Of a stretch of DNA of 64,000 nt, positions 13,421 through 26,263 are shown one piece after another (the first letter of the stretch is position 1; each line of letters begins with the position of its first letter). The notes below the pieces were generated by a model that saw only the letters and a program-made list of their open reading frames with translations, did no database searches and was not told the origin of the DNA. Source of the stretch: Diadema antillarum (taxonomy: Eukaryota). The stretch is taken from positions 62,001-126,000 of the forward strand of contig NW_027271309.1 of NCBI RefSeq assembly GCF_040938485.1, written 5' to 3'. The position numbers and the translations under genes are program-made.

Positions 13421-14475
13421 CGACATAGTTACATAGATATTACATCTAGACAATAATAGCATTGAACCCCGGGATTGAACCACCGTATAGGAATTTCTAC
13501 CACGCACCATATACCAATTTGTTTTGGTCATATCAGTACATCAGTTTACCATTTTTTTACGATATAAATTCAGTCACAATATTCGTGTGATTAAAAAGTC
13601 TGAATAAAATCATACTTGTAATACGTTACTGCAGAGAAGTAGAAATCGACAAACTCGTACTCTCTATTTTAAACTGCCTTCAAATAAACTTTCATTTAAA
13701 CCAAGGAGGTTCAAGAGATGAGTGATTATTAAAACAGCTGTCAGTTTTCTATGGATGGACGAAAGAATTCCACAGATGTAGTTGTGCCTTTAATGACCGA
13801 AGTTCGATGTCGCCGTCTTTCTGAGCAATCTGAAGATTCATTTTAAACGCGAACATAATATCGGCTACATTTTGCTAGTTTATATATTAAATGAAATGAA
13901 ATGAAATTTCATTTAATGATAAAGCACATGAAATAAAATTAATCCCGTCCAGAAATATGTGCAAAAGTATAGATATTAGCTGCATGTTGTGAAATTATTT
14001 GAAACTGTGTAATACCTTCACTGGAAAGCCGATTTGATAATTTTTTCCGATCACTTCCGACAAATGAAACTGATATGGGATAATCCATAAATATAGTTCT
14101 TTATTCATCTATGTGTCAGATTAGTGTAAAGAATGCAAAGCCAATTGATTAAACCGCCAATTAAACTTTCCATTAAATTGTGACGCAATGTCAATGTCTA
14201 CTCAACTGGTGTTATCAAATGATGTAATGTTTTCCGTCTCCCTTCACTTTTCATATCAAATGCACCACCACATTGATTGATGACAAACGACAGAATATAA
14301 GTGACGTGAAACAAACAAACAAAAAACAAACGTCATGACACGTCGCGAAAGAACATGACACGACACGACACGACATGACACGACACACTCCACGGCGTTG
14401 AATTGGCCCGCTGTTTGGTTTGATCTGATCAAGAAAGTTAGATAGAGTTACAACGCATCAGCCACACATTCAACA

Positions 14476-14655
14476 GCATTGGTGATTTGGCTCAGTCGGT
14501 AGCGCTTCTGCTTGCCAAATGATGACCCGGGTTCGATTCCCGGGTCTAAAATTTACTGAGCAATGTTGAGTGTAATACAGTTCCATGTGGTTAGAGGCAA
14601 AACACTCAGCATTGCTCAGTCCTTCGAATAGGACATAAAATGGACGTCCCATGCA
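14476..14655 (+). mobile_element. tRNA-Gly(GCC)-derived SINE, degenerate
   Basis: Starts GCATTGGTG like tRNA-Gly. A box TGGCTCAGTCGG (14488), remnant GCC anticodon, T arm/B box CCCGGGTTCGATTCCCGG (B box 14530-14540). The acceptor stem does not pair, and a non-tRNA body follows (GTCCTTCGAATAGGACATAAAATGGACGTCCC). Confidence 0.7.
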
Positions 14656-16997
14656 AGTGAAAGATTATTTATATAATTTATTGATTTATCGCAAAGAGCA
14701 GGCTGCATAACCAGGTGAAGTGGTCCGCCTCACATCCGAATGGATCCCATGGAAGACCAGATAGTGCAGCTGAATATGGGTTATCCAGACATCTTCTCAG
14801 ATGGAAAATGAAACAAACAAACACAATTGAAGATTCTTATACATGTACCTGAAATTTGATATTTGAAATTTTTATTAACAATTTTGCAAAATATTCCACT
14901 TTCATAAACTTTGTACACAATGAAGACATACACGCAGATCAAGAGGTGACAGATACCACGATCTAGTTCCTGAATATCAATTCTTCCTACTTGAATGATT
15001 GAGAAATTTGCAAACATCCCACCCCAAATGTGCACTAGATCGTTAAATTTCAGTGTTAGAATGAAAAATTCCCTATAGCGTGGCAGTTGGATTTTATACC
15101 TCGTCCCACACGCCCTCTCCTAGTTCGGTCGCTGCACTCCCTCGCTTGCATGCCCCCTGCCCCCCCCCCCCCCCTTTCCCGGGGAAAAGAAATTCTCGTT
15201 TATACTAAGAATGTACATGTAATACATCTTAGGGTGTTATCTTCCCGCGCGAGGGTGTAATTATTTCACCTTCGGTGTTTCCGTCCCCCACTCGTTACAT
15301 GAAATCGCAGCCACTGCCCCCCCCCCCCCCCCCCCAAAAAAAAAAAGCGGTTATTACTCTGGCATATCCATGATCTGAAACACAACATTTCATACTGAAA
15401 AAAAAAATTACACACATTAAAGTGGGACACAGATTTTTATCACACATCAGCAACCCTCATATATACGATTCGCCATCATGGCCCTGATATCAACAAAAAA
15501 GCGCTGTGTATATCTCAAAGATTGTAAAAGTCAGTGCCCATGCATAGCTATACAATGTATATTCTCTCAATCTCTGCAATAAAGGTTCGGCACACATGTA
15601 TCATTCTCCCTATTCAAAATAAGAGTTCCGTGTGTACCCTTTGGTCATCCCAACATTCATTTACAAATTACTGCACACGAGTACATTTCACAAAATTGCG
15701 TTTCTAATGATGACAAGGTGTGCTTATTTAGTGCTGGTCTTAGCAGGGTTGATGTTATATACAATCATTCTTACTATGGGAATAGGATTTTGGCGTTCGC
15801 GAGGAATTTGTAAGACCTGTGCTTGCTACTTTAGATAGTTCAAGTGGCGGAAACGTGTGGAAAATGAAGTCTTGCCCACACAGTCTATCAATACAGTAAA
15901 TTCGTTGATGCTTGGTAGGAATACACTACGAAGAAACAAACGAAGTATTCACAGATATGTTGTCAAAGTAGGCCTATACAATTGAAATAGTTTTCGATTT
16001 TTTTTCTTTCATAACAAAATCAATGTCTTTATCAAATTCAAATAAGCCTAATTACCAATCAGTTAATGCAATGTTTGTCTGTGCATATTCTGTTGCACGG
16101 CATAGGAAACTATGACTACGAAATGCGGTCTCTGATAATGTACGGATATGTCAATTATCAATTACTGGATCATTTAAATTGTACCGTCCTACGTGTGAAA
16201 CTGAGAGTTGATTCAACTATAAAACCCGATCTTTGTACCGACGGATTGTAAACATCCGGGCCTGTTTACCACATCACTGTTTATCTGAGTTCAAATTTAC
16301 ATCACACTTCATGACATCTGTAACAAAACGTGTTTAGCGGGCAGAAGCCACGGCAGTTGCATATTCAATCTCTCCTGAAGAATCTTTCAGCGTATACGAG
16401 TAAATCTGAGATTGATATGGATGAAGCATTCTTTCATAGCTTTTCTATTTCGACTATGAATGTAACAATGTTAATCATTAATCGGCGTTTGTAAGTCTAT
16501 AGTAATCAGACGAAATCCCTGAACGAAATCTAAAAAAAAAAAAAAAAAAAGTGTAAAATCAACAGCACTTAAAATCGAGGCATACAAGGATGGTTTATTT
16601 CTCCCACCTATAGATATAAACCACGTCGGTCCCCATCAGGTTTTTTTTTGTTTGTTTTTATAAAAAAAAAACAGATAATGTGTAAAATGACATCAAGTGG
16701 AAGCTCATGAAACGACTTGAGGAGTTTAGCTATCAGTATTTTGCATAAATCGTGACTATTTCATGTTTTGACCGTAATTATATGTCGGTACATATGAATC
16801 GTGATTTATCATGAGCCTGTTCTAATATTTTTCCGTGGATTATATCAAGTGCCGTCTTGCTGGAGCCTGTTAAAGTTATGAAAACTTAATTTTCATGAAT
16901 GACTGGACAATCTTTTTGTAATTTTTTACTCGCACTCGTGGTGATTATACTTATGATCTTATAGGATACTCAGTACGAGTTGGCTATAACGTTTGAA

Positions 16998-17435
16998 TCA
17001 GCTACTCTTGGATTTTACGTAAGCAGTGCTTCCAAGACTTCGTCGATTTAGCAAGATGTAGACCATCGCTGTTCCAAAAACGACCGAAGGTATGCATAGT
17101 GGCAGTGGCTCGCCTATCATTCGCAGGGTGTAGAAGGCGCCGATCATGATGCCCAAGAGAGGAACGGCGGCGGCAACCCGGGCTCCAGGGCGCCCAAAAG
17201 CCAGAAGGGTGCCCAGAGTAAGTTCCGCTACTCCCACGAGAGATATATACATCGCTGGAGTCTTAATGCCCAAAGCATCTCTGAGCGGTAGAACGGTGAT
17301 GAACTGTTGAAACTGCTTGCTCATCTCCGGGTGGCCATGCCCCTGCTGGCTAGGGTCAAGGGGAAGCAGCTTGACCAGTCCAGCGAGCATAAAGAGGACG
17401 CCAAAAATGAGCGCGACGTAGTGACTTGCTGCCAT
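16998..17435 (-). CDS. TMEM35/NACHO-like (DoxX-type) multi-pass membrane protein, paralog 1, 145 aa, single coding exon
   Basis: MAASHYVALIFGVLFMLAGLVKLLP...EMSKQFQQFITVLPL...VGVAELTLG...LLGIMIGAFYTLRMIGEP parallels recalled TMEM35A (FFVFMGTIKLTP...EMKRAYKSYVRALP...IGALEVACG...HQLVGDP). Good ATG context (gccATGg); probable 5'UTR acceptor about 60 nt upstream. Confidence 0.85.
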   Translation of the reverse strand: MAASHYVALIFGVLFMLAGLVKLLPLDPSQQGHGHPEMSKQFQQFITVLPLRDALGIKTPAMYISLVGVAELTLGTLLAFGRPGARVAAAVPLLGIMIGAFYTLRMIGEPLPLCIPSVVFGTAMVYILLNRRSLGSTAYVKSKSS

Positions 17436-18099
17436 GGCTGGTTGGTCCGACCACAGTTCCGTATGAAAAAGTCAGTTCCAAAGATCTGTAATTTGAAGTG
17501 AGTGTATCAGTGGAATTAAAACAGACTGATGGCATGCAAAACAATGGTAATCGAAATATGGTAATTTGTGCACTTTTGAAACATAATACGGTTATTAAAT
17601 GTGCAAGTTCCCTCGCGAATCTAAGGACGTCCCTTAATTGGAGCGTGATTGTAGCGTTATCCTAGAGCTGCAGTCTGCCAACATGCCTGTACAGAACAAA
17701 TAGAGACAAGAGAGTCACATCGATAAGATCACCTCGTCGGTGTAACAGGCCCTTAGATTTGGCACTCTTTGGAAAGCACGTAAAGCACAGAGTCATGTAA
17801 ATAATTCTCCATTGCGCTTATATAGTTTGCAGGTACTCACGTTCAAAATAAAGATCAAAGAAATTATGTAAAATACAGAAGTTGCATGTACGGCGGGTTT
17901 TTGTTTTTGTTTTTGTTTTTGTTTTCTTTTTTCGTGATTCATCTTGTTAGAACATGAATGCAATTCAGTTCTGACATTTGCAAGGGGTTGGGTTTACACT
18001 CAATATCGTGTTCAGAGGTCCTCCTAAAGACAAATAGGGTGTCATCACTTAAAAACAACAACCTCAACAACACATGTTTTTGTTTTCACGATGGAGGAG

Positions 18100-19260
18100 G
18101 GGCAAAACTTGAAAAATAATATGCGAGCGGGTGGAGGGTGTTGGAGGGGGTATCCCCCCCCCACACACACACACAACACAACACACGCACACACACACAC
18201 ACATACACGAGAGATTATGCAGTTTCACACCTGAAATTCAGCAATCTGGTGAAATTTTGTTTTTTGTTTTCCTGTCAAGAAAATTAAGAAAAATAATTTT
18301 TCACAGCAATGTGAATGACTAAATTACGGTATCTGCGCTCTTTTTGCACGTGTTTGTCCACTGTACATGTTTATATAAGTGTATGGGAGTTTACGAGTAT
18401 ATAGGGTTGGTTGGTTGGAAGGGGTATCCCCCTCCAACGCGACTGAGCTTTTTGCACTTTTAGAATGGAAATAGAACGATCTGCATGATGCACACTTTTT
18501 GTGGGAGACAAGGTATTTGGAAAATTGTCAATCCCAAAAGTGAATACCGAGTCTATATGGAGGGGGACTGAGCAAGGGTTGGGTCGGAGGGGGTGGAAAG
18601 CTTTTGCGTTTTTAAAATTGAAATTTAACGATCTGGCACACGCTTTTGGTGGAATACGTATCAGAAAAAGGAAGTAAGTATGTCATCTAAGGAGGGATAC
18701 CAAGCGGGGGAAGGATGTTGGAGGAAGTATCCCTCTCCCACATAAGGGAGGTTTTGCAGTTTTAAGTTTGCAATGCAACGATGGTGCACATATTTGGTGG
18801 AATATTTGGAAAATTGTAGATCCCAAAGCGTATATAGCCAAAATCAAACCACATGGAGGGAGGCTATGTAGCAGGGGGTGGTGTGTAAGGGGGTATCCCC
18901 CAACACCTCCCATACGAGGGCGCTTTTACATTTGAAAAAAAAAAAAACTGAAATGAAACTATCTCGCATACACAATCATGAAGAATATTTGGGAAATTGT
19001 CAATCAAAGAAGCGTACTAATTCACTTATATGGACATAGGAACAGAACGGGGGAAGGGTCAATTGACAGAGCATATGCCCTCCCACATGAGAGACTTTTT
19101 GAATATGATGGAATTGAGGTAACGGATCTGGTGCACATTTTTAATAAAATATTCGGAAAATTTCAAAAATTTCAAAAATTTCAAAAGTGTACTTAGGGCC
19201 TACGTGTATGGAAGGGGACCTAATTGGGCCCCCGCGAGTGAGATTTTGCATTTTTGGAAC
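18100..19260. repeat. Inverted-orientation array of the same subunit family as 28300-31190
   Basis: Repeated ATCTGGTGCACA / GGGGGTATCCCC / TTTTGCA.TTTTA motifs, the reverse complement of the 28-31 kb subunit. Confidence 0.6.
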
Positions 19261-20882
19261 ACTACAATACCTTGTTAAAGATGACTTTTGTAAACAGAGC
19301 AAGATCAATGTTCAAAATGGCAGAATATTTGTAAAATCAAACATTTTCACAAAGCTAAGGAATATCAGTTTTCTACTCAAGTTTTATTGGTCTCCAGAGG
19401 CCTACATGCTTGTTATTGATTAAGCAATATAACTGGCTCCCTATACGCTAATCTTCCATTGAATTAAATTAAATACTCTGAAATCACTATTTCATTTCTT
19501 CTTCCATTTTGCAACAGCAGCAGCAACAACAAACATCTTCCTATCACCAAAGCCAATTATTGCTATTTTCACGTTTGACTAATCTCCGATTAAATGCGAA
19601 GGAAACCATTAATCCATTTGATTTTATTTTTTTAAATGCCATGATAAAGTTGATTAAAACGCATGTTTAGACAGAGGCGACATTACCACCTCCCTTAGTG
19701 CCATTATGTGTGAGTTTCATCAACATAAACGTTTGGTGAAAACACGCTATAGACTTCATCTTTCAAATTCAAAAGCTCCTCCTATTCTTATGAACACCGA
19801 ATTTTGCTGAAATGTCCACAATTTCTTTGATTTCACTCGAACAATCGAAAGTCAACTGAAACAGAGTTCATTTGACTTTGAACACCTACGATTTTAGACG
19901 ATCATTATACCAAATTATAAATGTAGTAAGTCTAAAGTCATTGTTCTTGATACACTCTCATACAAAATGTATACACATGCATGCAATAGTGGTATATACA
20001 ATAAAATCATACCTGCTTGTTCGACGCATAAATGGATACAATATATAGGTACATGTAACTGCGTTGTGCGAAGCTATGACGTAGACATCAATTCCCGCAA
20101 AATTGAGAGTGGATCTTGCTCACTTTAAAATCTACTGCGTTTTTTCCAACTAAGACAAGTTTTCATGCGCTGGAATGATAAATTATCTTGAAAGAAGGTA
20201 CGTGATCATGGGTTGCAAACTAGTAATGTTTACCTAACCAAAGACACCTTTCTGCATGGCGGAGAGCTTGAGCTCTAACTTTAGCTTCAAAATAGTTGTG
20301 GTTCGAACCTGTTCACCATTACTAATATACTCTCGGTCAAACCTACAGTCTGATATATTTAGTTCAGGACTTTTCAATAAAGAGAAAATCGCAAACAAAA
20401 GACCCAAACCATCCCCAGGTAACAACTGACCCTGAATACCGACAGGCATTGTGATCTGCGTATTGTCAAAAGACCTCTCTTTTATAAAATAACTACCAAA
20501 TCCTGAAATGGCCTCTTCATACTATTTTCCCCATTTGTATGATGAAGTGCGGGGGGACTTGTGTGTTTCACTCTTTCGTTTGTGCATCCATATGCGTCAA
20601 TGCGTAATACAGGTTTTGCCGTAGTGTATACTAGACTATCTGGGAGATCAACAGTAACTTACCTGTCGGAAAAGAATTTCTCGTCAACGCAGTTCGGCAG
20701 AGATACATGTAAATGAATTGTTGGAGACTTGGTAATACAGTGTATTGTGGAGAAGTCTCGTCACTAAAGTAAGATATGTATAATACAGGCCTACAAGCCA
20801 TGCATCTCGTTTGGCAAAACACATTGTGTCCTTTTAAGCTTGAGGATGGACCTTGGGCATTGGAAGGAGCATTCATGCAGAT

Positions 20883-21457
20883 TTAAAGGCAAGTCCACCT
20901 TCATAATATTATACATGTGGATTGAGTAAACGCAGCAATATTAGTAGAGCACATCAGTGAAAGTTTTGGAAAAATTGTAAAATCCGTTCAAAAGTTATGA
21001 TTTTTTTTTTTAATTATCTGCGCAGTCACTTCTGGATGAGAAGACTACTATAGTGTACGATGTCACATGCGAAGAACAGTATAAGGGAAATATAAAGAGA
21101 ATTTCACAAAATGTTATTTTTTGAAAAAAGTGCACATTTCGTCGACTTGTCACTGACATACGTTAAGGGTAATATTATTCCCCCCTGCCTTCTGAAAAAG
21201 GCAAGTCAGGTGTTATTTTATTCTGCCAAAAAAGTGAAGAAATGTTGATTGTTCTGTTTATTTTCTTTATATCGTTGTACACATATGACATCATACACTG
21301 TAGTAGTCTTCTCATCCAGCAGTGACTGAGCAGAAACTTAAAAATTCATAACTTTTGAACGCATTGCCCGATTTTTCTCAAACTCTCATTGATGTGTTCT
21401 ACTAATACTGTTGCATTAACTCAAACCACATGATTGTGAAGGTGGACTTGTCCTTAA
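20883..21457. mobile_element. TTAA-flanked palindromic non-autonomous DNA transposon (Kolobok-like termini)
   Basis: TTAAAGGCAAGTCCACCTTC ... GAAGGTGGACTTGTCCTTAA, with long internal inverted arms (GCAGTCACT...GATGAGAAGACTACT vs AGTAGTCTTCTCATC...AGTGACTG). Related partial copies at about 31220-31490 and, more degenerate, about 26985-27565. Confidence 0.75.
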
Positions 21458-21961
21458 AACACTAATAGTCCATGAAATAACTGGAACACACAAGCACGGA
21501 AGGCACACTAATACAATCCAGGAGCAATCCACACGTATTTAATAATCAAGAGTAAGTTGGTATTCGTTTTTGTCGAAAAGCAGTGTCTTCAGACTTTTTA
21601 TTTATTTTCTAACACACAAACATGAATATATCAAGCATTATATCTGAATATATACCACTAATTAATGTATGTGTTCCCTTCCCGTTTTCTATCCACCATT
21701 AAGAGCAAGAACTAATCAAGACATAATATTTGGAAAACTTTCTTATTTTGTAAGGATTTACCAACTATTTGTCATCTAATGCAAAGAAAGTAATGTACTC
21801 TTGTTATCAGTGCTTCCTTATTTGAATGTATGAAACAGGGGCGAAAATCGTAGTCGCGCAGTGAGCTTTTCGCATTCCTGCAAACTAGTGTAGCAATCGT
21901 AATCTCACCAAGAAAATATCATGTCATTACATTTTATATCACACTAAGGATACATGTACAG

Positions 21962-22796
21962 TAGGGGAGAGCGGGGTGAGTTGGGACGCGGGTCAAGTGG
22001 GACACGTTCTCTGAATTAAAAACTATTCAACCAATCAGCGATTGGCTTATATCTACAATAAGCCCCCAACAACCATACATCACACTAAGAAAGCCATGCA
22101 GTTCGGCAAATTCTAAGTATGTATAAAATGCTATTGAAAATTTTCCCCAAAATATGATATTTTTTTGAAATCAGGTTAATTAACCTGTTGTCTTTGTATT
22201 CATGATTTCAAGGGCACAATTGAAGCTGGTGGTGAGCCTTATTGATATGCAACTAATATAACTTGTTTTTGACAAATGCCTGCATGGTTACTGAGCAGTC
22301 GTACATATTTATGTATATGCCACGTGAGGGACAATTGGGACAACGTGTCCCATTTGTCCCTCATAATAGCATTACATGTAAAAAAAAAGTTGAGATTTTC
22401 AAACATGTCGTTCAACTTGTTTTGTTAAAACAGAGATAATTTGAAAGCATGTTTGACTGTTTTCATTACCAATGTTTCATTACGCCTTCCAACTTTGACA
22501 TTTCCGACATTTCTATAGGATGTCACACTTTACCAACACCGTCCCATTTCTCCCTTGCCGTTGTCCCAATTTACCCACGGGTGGGTCAACTTCTCCCCCA
22601 AAATAAGGTTTTTTCTTTTCATTAACTGCAGAAAATTGAGAACAGTGCCACCCCCAGTTTATAGCTCTTTATGTAACCTACCATATGAACCTTCATGCAA
22701 GCCCAAAAGGAAATGTAATCATCTCTTCTATAAAAAGATATAAGAAGAAAATTGGCGAACTTGAAATAATGTCCCACTTCTCCCCGCTCTCCCCTA
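21962..22796. mobile_element. TA-flanked non-autonomous DNA transposon with about 26-bp TIRs
   Basis: TAGGGGAGAGCGGGGTGAGTTGGGAC ... GTCCCACTTCTCCCCGCTCTCCCCTA; internal hairpin GAGGGACAATTGGGACAACGTGTCCCATTTGTCCCTC near 22325-22362. Confidence 0.8.
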
Positions 22797-23750
22797 TATA
22801 GAAAATAGGATGACCTGATTTTGTACAAAGCACCACCGCACCACATACATTCGATACAAAGGAACTGCCCGGTGATATGAAAACTGTACAAAATATATTA
22901 TATCTGCGTCAGAATCGAGTGAAGTTTAAACTCATCGACCATTGTATAGAGTATGACAGTGAATATATGTGAAATGCCACGTAGGCCTACATGCAAGTCA
23001 TCAAATAACAATATGTTTGAATGCAAAAAGTTTCACTACTTTTAACATCAAAATTTGTTGTTGTTTTTTTTTTCTTCGACAAATCAGTGGATAATGACAT
23101 GTCGGTTCTGACAGCATCTCGACAGAGCCAAAGAGACGGGAGAGAATCAGTGTCGACACCACGCAACTGATACTATCAAGACCGTTTCCATAACTACATC
23201 TAAAGTCCACGTAGCGGGACAATAAAGAATATTGTAAGTGGTCGGGCAAGTATTGGTTCACTCTTCCAAACTGATGTTCTGTCTCAATTGTGGAGATATG
23301 AAGAAGAGGATAATTCTGAAGTCTACTTTGATAATAACATTCTTTGATGACAGCTCTTGGAGCGAGTTGCGGCAAACTTGACGACGCTGTCATGACCTTA
23401 TAGGTATAAACAATAGACCTGTTGTTGACAGTACTGGAGGTGTTTTGAATTGAATGTAACCTGTCTATGATCACCAGGATCATGTCTGAAATCATCAGAT
23501 TGCCATGCACACCATTTAAATGACGATTTGCTGTATAGTCTGAAATCCCACACAAGCATCTTTCACGTTTCAACACTATGTATACTCATCGACAAACATA
23601 CTGTATCGTAAAATAGAATATATTATACTTCATACATTCAAGTCATCCAAAGCAGCATCTTCGTATTGTCTTGCCTTAATAATTGGCTGGCAATCATAAT
23701 ACAGGTATACAGGAGTAGTATAGGCTACGTGACACGTCGTCCAATGCACC

Positions 23751-23970
23751 ACTGTAAAAATAGATATTTTCGCGTGAGTAATTTTTTGCACTCGGCTGGG
23801 TAAGATGAGTATCGCGTGTTTATAATTCTGCGGAATCAAGACACCAACTACATAGATACTGGAACATAGTTGCAAGCAAAAGTATTCGCGTGCTTTTATT
23901 TTCGCGCTAGTTTTCTGGTTGCGCGAAATGAGCGAAAATTTCAACACCGCGAATATTTCCACTTTTACAG
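23751..23970. mobile_element. CTGTAAAA-terminated MITE family, copy 1
   Basis: ACTGTAAAAATAGATATTTTCGCG ... CGCGAATATTTCCACTTTTACAG; same family as 37712-38159 and 41688-41897. Confidence 0.7.
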
Positions 23971-24569
23971 CACCTTCGTAGATCTCGCCTGGCAATCACA
24001 TACACATCATCCAATGCACCATCTTCGTTAGATCTCACCTAACAGTAATCACGGGGTAAAAGATACATGTATTTAAAAGAAAAAATAACACGAGAAAGAC
24101 AGCTTTTCGGTCAATTCCCGACATACCCAAAACAAATCCTTAGTGTATACACACACACACATAATGGAGCAATACATTACAGTGTTTACAGTGTAGGCAC
24201 CTACAAGCAGTATACGCCGAGTACAAACTACTACAGTAGTACATTGTACATGTATTATCATCACTCAGAACGACGTGCATTTTGTTACGTGTGGGGAATA
24301 CCCTTTATATCTTGCTTGGTGACCCATATACCATCGTGCTCATAAGCATTCGTCGCGTCCTGTTAAGACGCATCTGAAATTGGATGTTTAAAACATGCCT
24401 GAAATCCTGCACTAAAATATCAATGTTCCAAGACGCAGTGATACCCTTTCTAAACGGTGTCACCTTTCCACAAACCGTCATTCGATCTGTTGATGGAACG
24501 TTGTGTCCATTAGTGTAAAAATTCTCTCTTTATGTTCTTGCACTGCACTATACTTTTTATGACGTAAGC

Positions 24570-25010
24570 TCAGTCCACCTTTGTCTTCGAGCTACTGTAG
24601 TTTGTGCTCAGTCCGCGTCGGTTAACGAGGATGAAGAGGAGGAATATGGCGAGAATGAGAGGCGGAGACGCCATGGCCATTGGGTCCCCGACTTTCACGT
24701 GTGTAGCAACAGCCCCGATCATGATGACGAGAAGGTAGAAAGCTCCGAACACCCGCCAAAACGTCCGCCCAAAAGCCAGCATGCTGCCCAAGATGGTCTC
24801 TGCCAGGCCGACGGCGGAGCGGTAGAGCGTCGTTGTGATCGTGACACCGAATATGTGGGTGATGGGCAGGACGGACACATACTTCCTAAACATGGCTTTC
24901 ATTTCTGCCTGTGTAAAGCCTGGACCTAGGTCCACGGGCATTAACTTCAGGAATCCAGTGAAGATGAAGATGAATCCAAGGAGAACTGCTACGTAGTGTA
25001 CGAGTCCCAT
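24570..25010 (-). CDS. TMEM35/NACHO-like (DoxX-type) multi-pass membrane protein, paralog 2, 146 aa, single coding exon
   Basis: True start is probably the ATG at 25010 (MGLVHYVAVLLGFIFIFTGFLKLMP...AEMKAMFRKYVSVLP...YRSAVGLAE...LLVIMIGAVATHVKVGDP), which aligns end to end with paralog 1. The ORF-track start at 25088 adds a non-homologous 26 aa. Confidence 0.87.
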   Translation of the reverse strand: MGLVHYVAVLLGFIFIFTGFLKLMPVDLGPGFTQAEMKAMFRKYVSVLPITHIFGVTITTTLYRSAVGLAETILGSMLAFGRTFWRVFGAFYLLVIMIGAVATHVKVGDPMAMASPPLILAIFLLFILVNRRGLSTNYSSSKTKVD

Positions 25011-26218
25011 TTCGACAGGATGATCCCGTATCAAGATTAACAGCAAGAATCCTTCAGTAGAAGTAGTAGGTACTAGGCGAATGTTCACTAATGAGACAGT
25101 GACGCCACAACATTAATGTGTTCATTCCGAAATGATAGGCACTCTTGCTATACCAATACGGCGAGTATGGTTTTTTGAAATTTGATTAGAAACAGACAGA
25201 TCGATTATTAGCACTCCTGCTCACCACACTTAATGGGAAGATGCAGGCTTCAATTTCGAAGGGCAGCGGCAGACACCATAGCCTGATGTATTCACGTTTG
25301 CTGTTCGTTGATGTGGGACGTGCAATGCTCCATATCATAATTATACGCTGTCTACACACATAGGCACGGGAACGTCGTGTCTCTCGCGCTCGCTACGAGA
25401 CGAGTTGAAAGGTCGCAATCGAGGTATAACGAAATACGGAACAAAGAGCGATCGCACAAAGGACCCATCGCGATAATTTAGCATCTGGCCAGAGCTGAAA
25501 AGCTGTCTGTGGTAACGGCCTGTAGGCCTATTACAGACGCTATTAAAAGTGCTATATTCCAAGCTTTAAGCTTCAGCTACACTCTGATAAGGTGACGTTG
25601 TAAGTTAAATTTTGTAAACTTGCTTGCGTGATGAATCTTTCAAACGGTTATCTATCAATACTTGTTTGAAAATCATAACTGCTGTGCTGAGCCTTTAAAA
25701 CTCACGTAGAATTGAGGGATGGAGTATATAGGATATACATGTAGTTATCTTTTCGGTATTTTTACAATTCTAATGTAAATTGTTTTGATATATCAATACA
25801 CCTGAATATCTTGGTTATCAAAACAAATACACAAAATATAAAATATCAGGTCAAAGAATGCAAAATTGAAAACTGAAAAAAGATGATCTCTTATAAAACT
25901 CCGACCTCAAGTCTATATTGTGTGACCCGAATGAATCATCAGATGAATGAAATACAGTATTCCTTTTCGAAGATGATGGAGAGCAATGAACATACTAGAA
26001 TATACAAGGCAACTGTTCATAAAAACAAAAAAGAAAATGTATATCTCCTTTCCATTAATGTGTCATTAAATTCCTTTTTCTGTGAAAGGCCGCCTCTGCA
26101 ACCTTCCTTCTCTTCTTACCCCCCCCCCCCTTTTTTTAAATAATCATTTCCTACTCCCTTGAACTGGTCTAATCTTTTGATTAAGTGATCGGAAGTGCAA
26201 AAGGACGCAGAATCACAA

Positions 26219-26219
<1 letters not shown>

Positions 26220-26260
<41 letters not shown>
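26220..26260. repeat. (CA)n microsatellite
   Basis: Directly visible. Confidence 0.9.

Positions 26261-26263
<3 letters not shown>

Noticed and set aside
14476-14550. Functional tRNA-Gly gene
   Set aside because: Acceptor and anticodon stems do not pair and the sequence runs into a SINE-like body.
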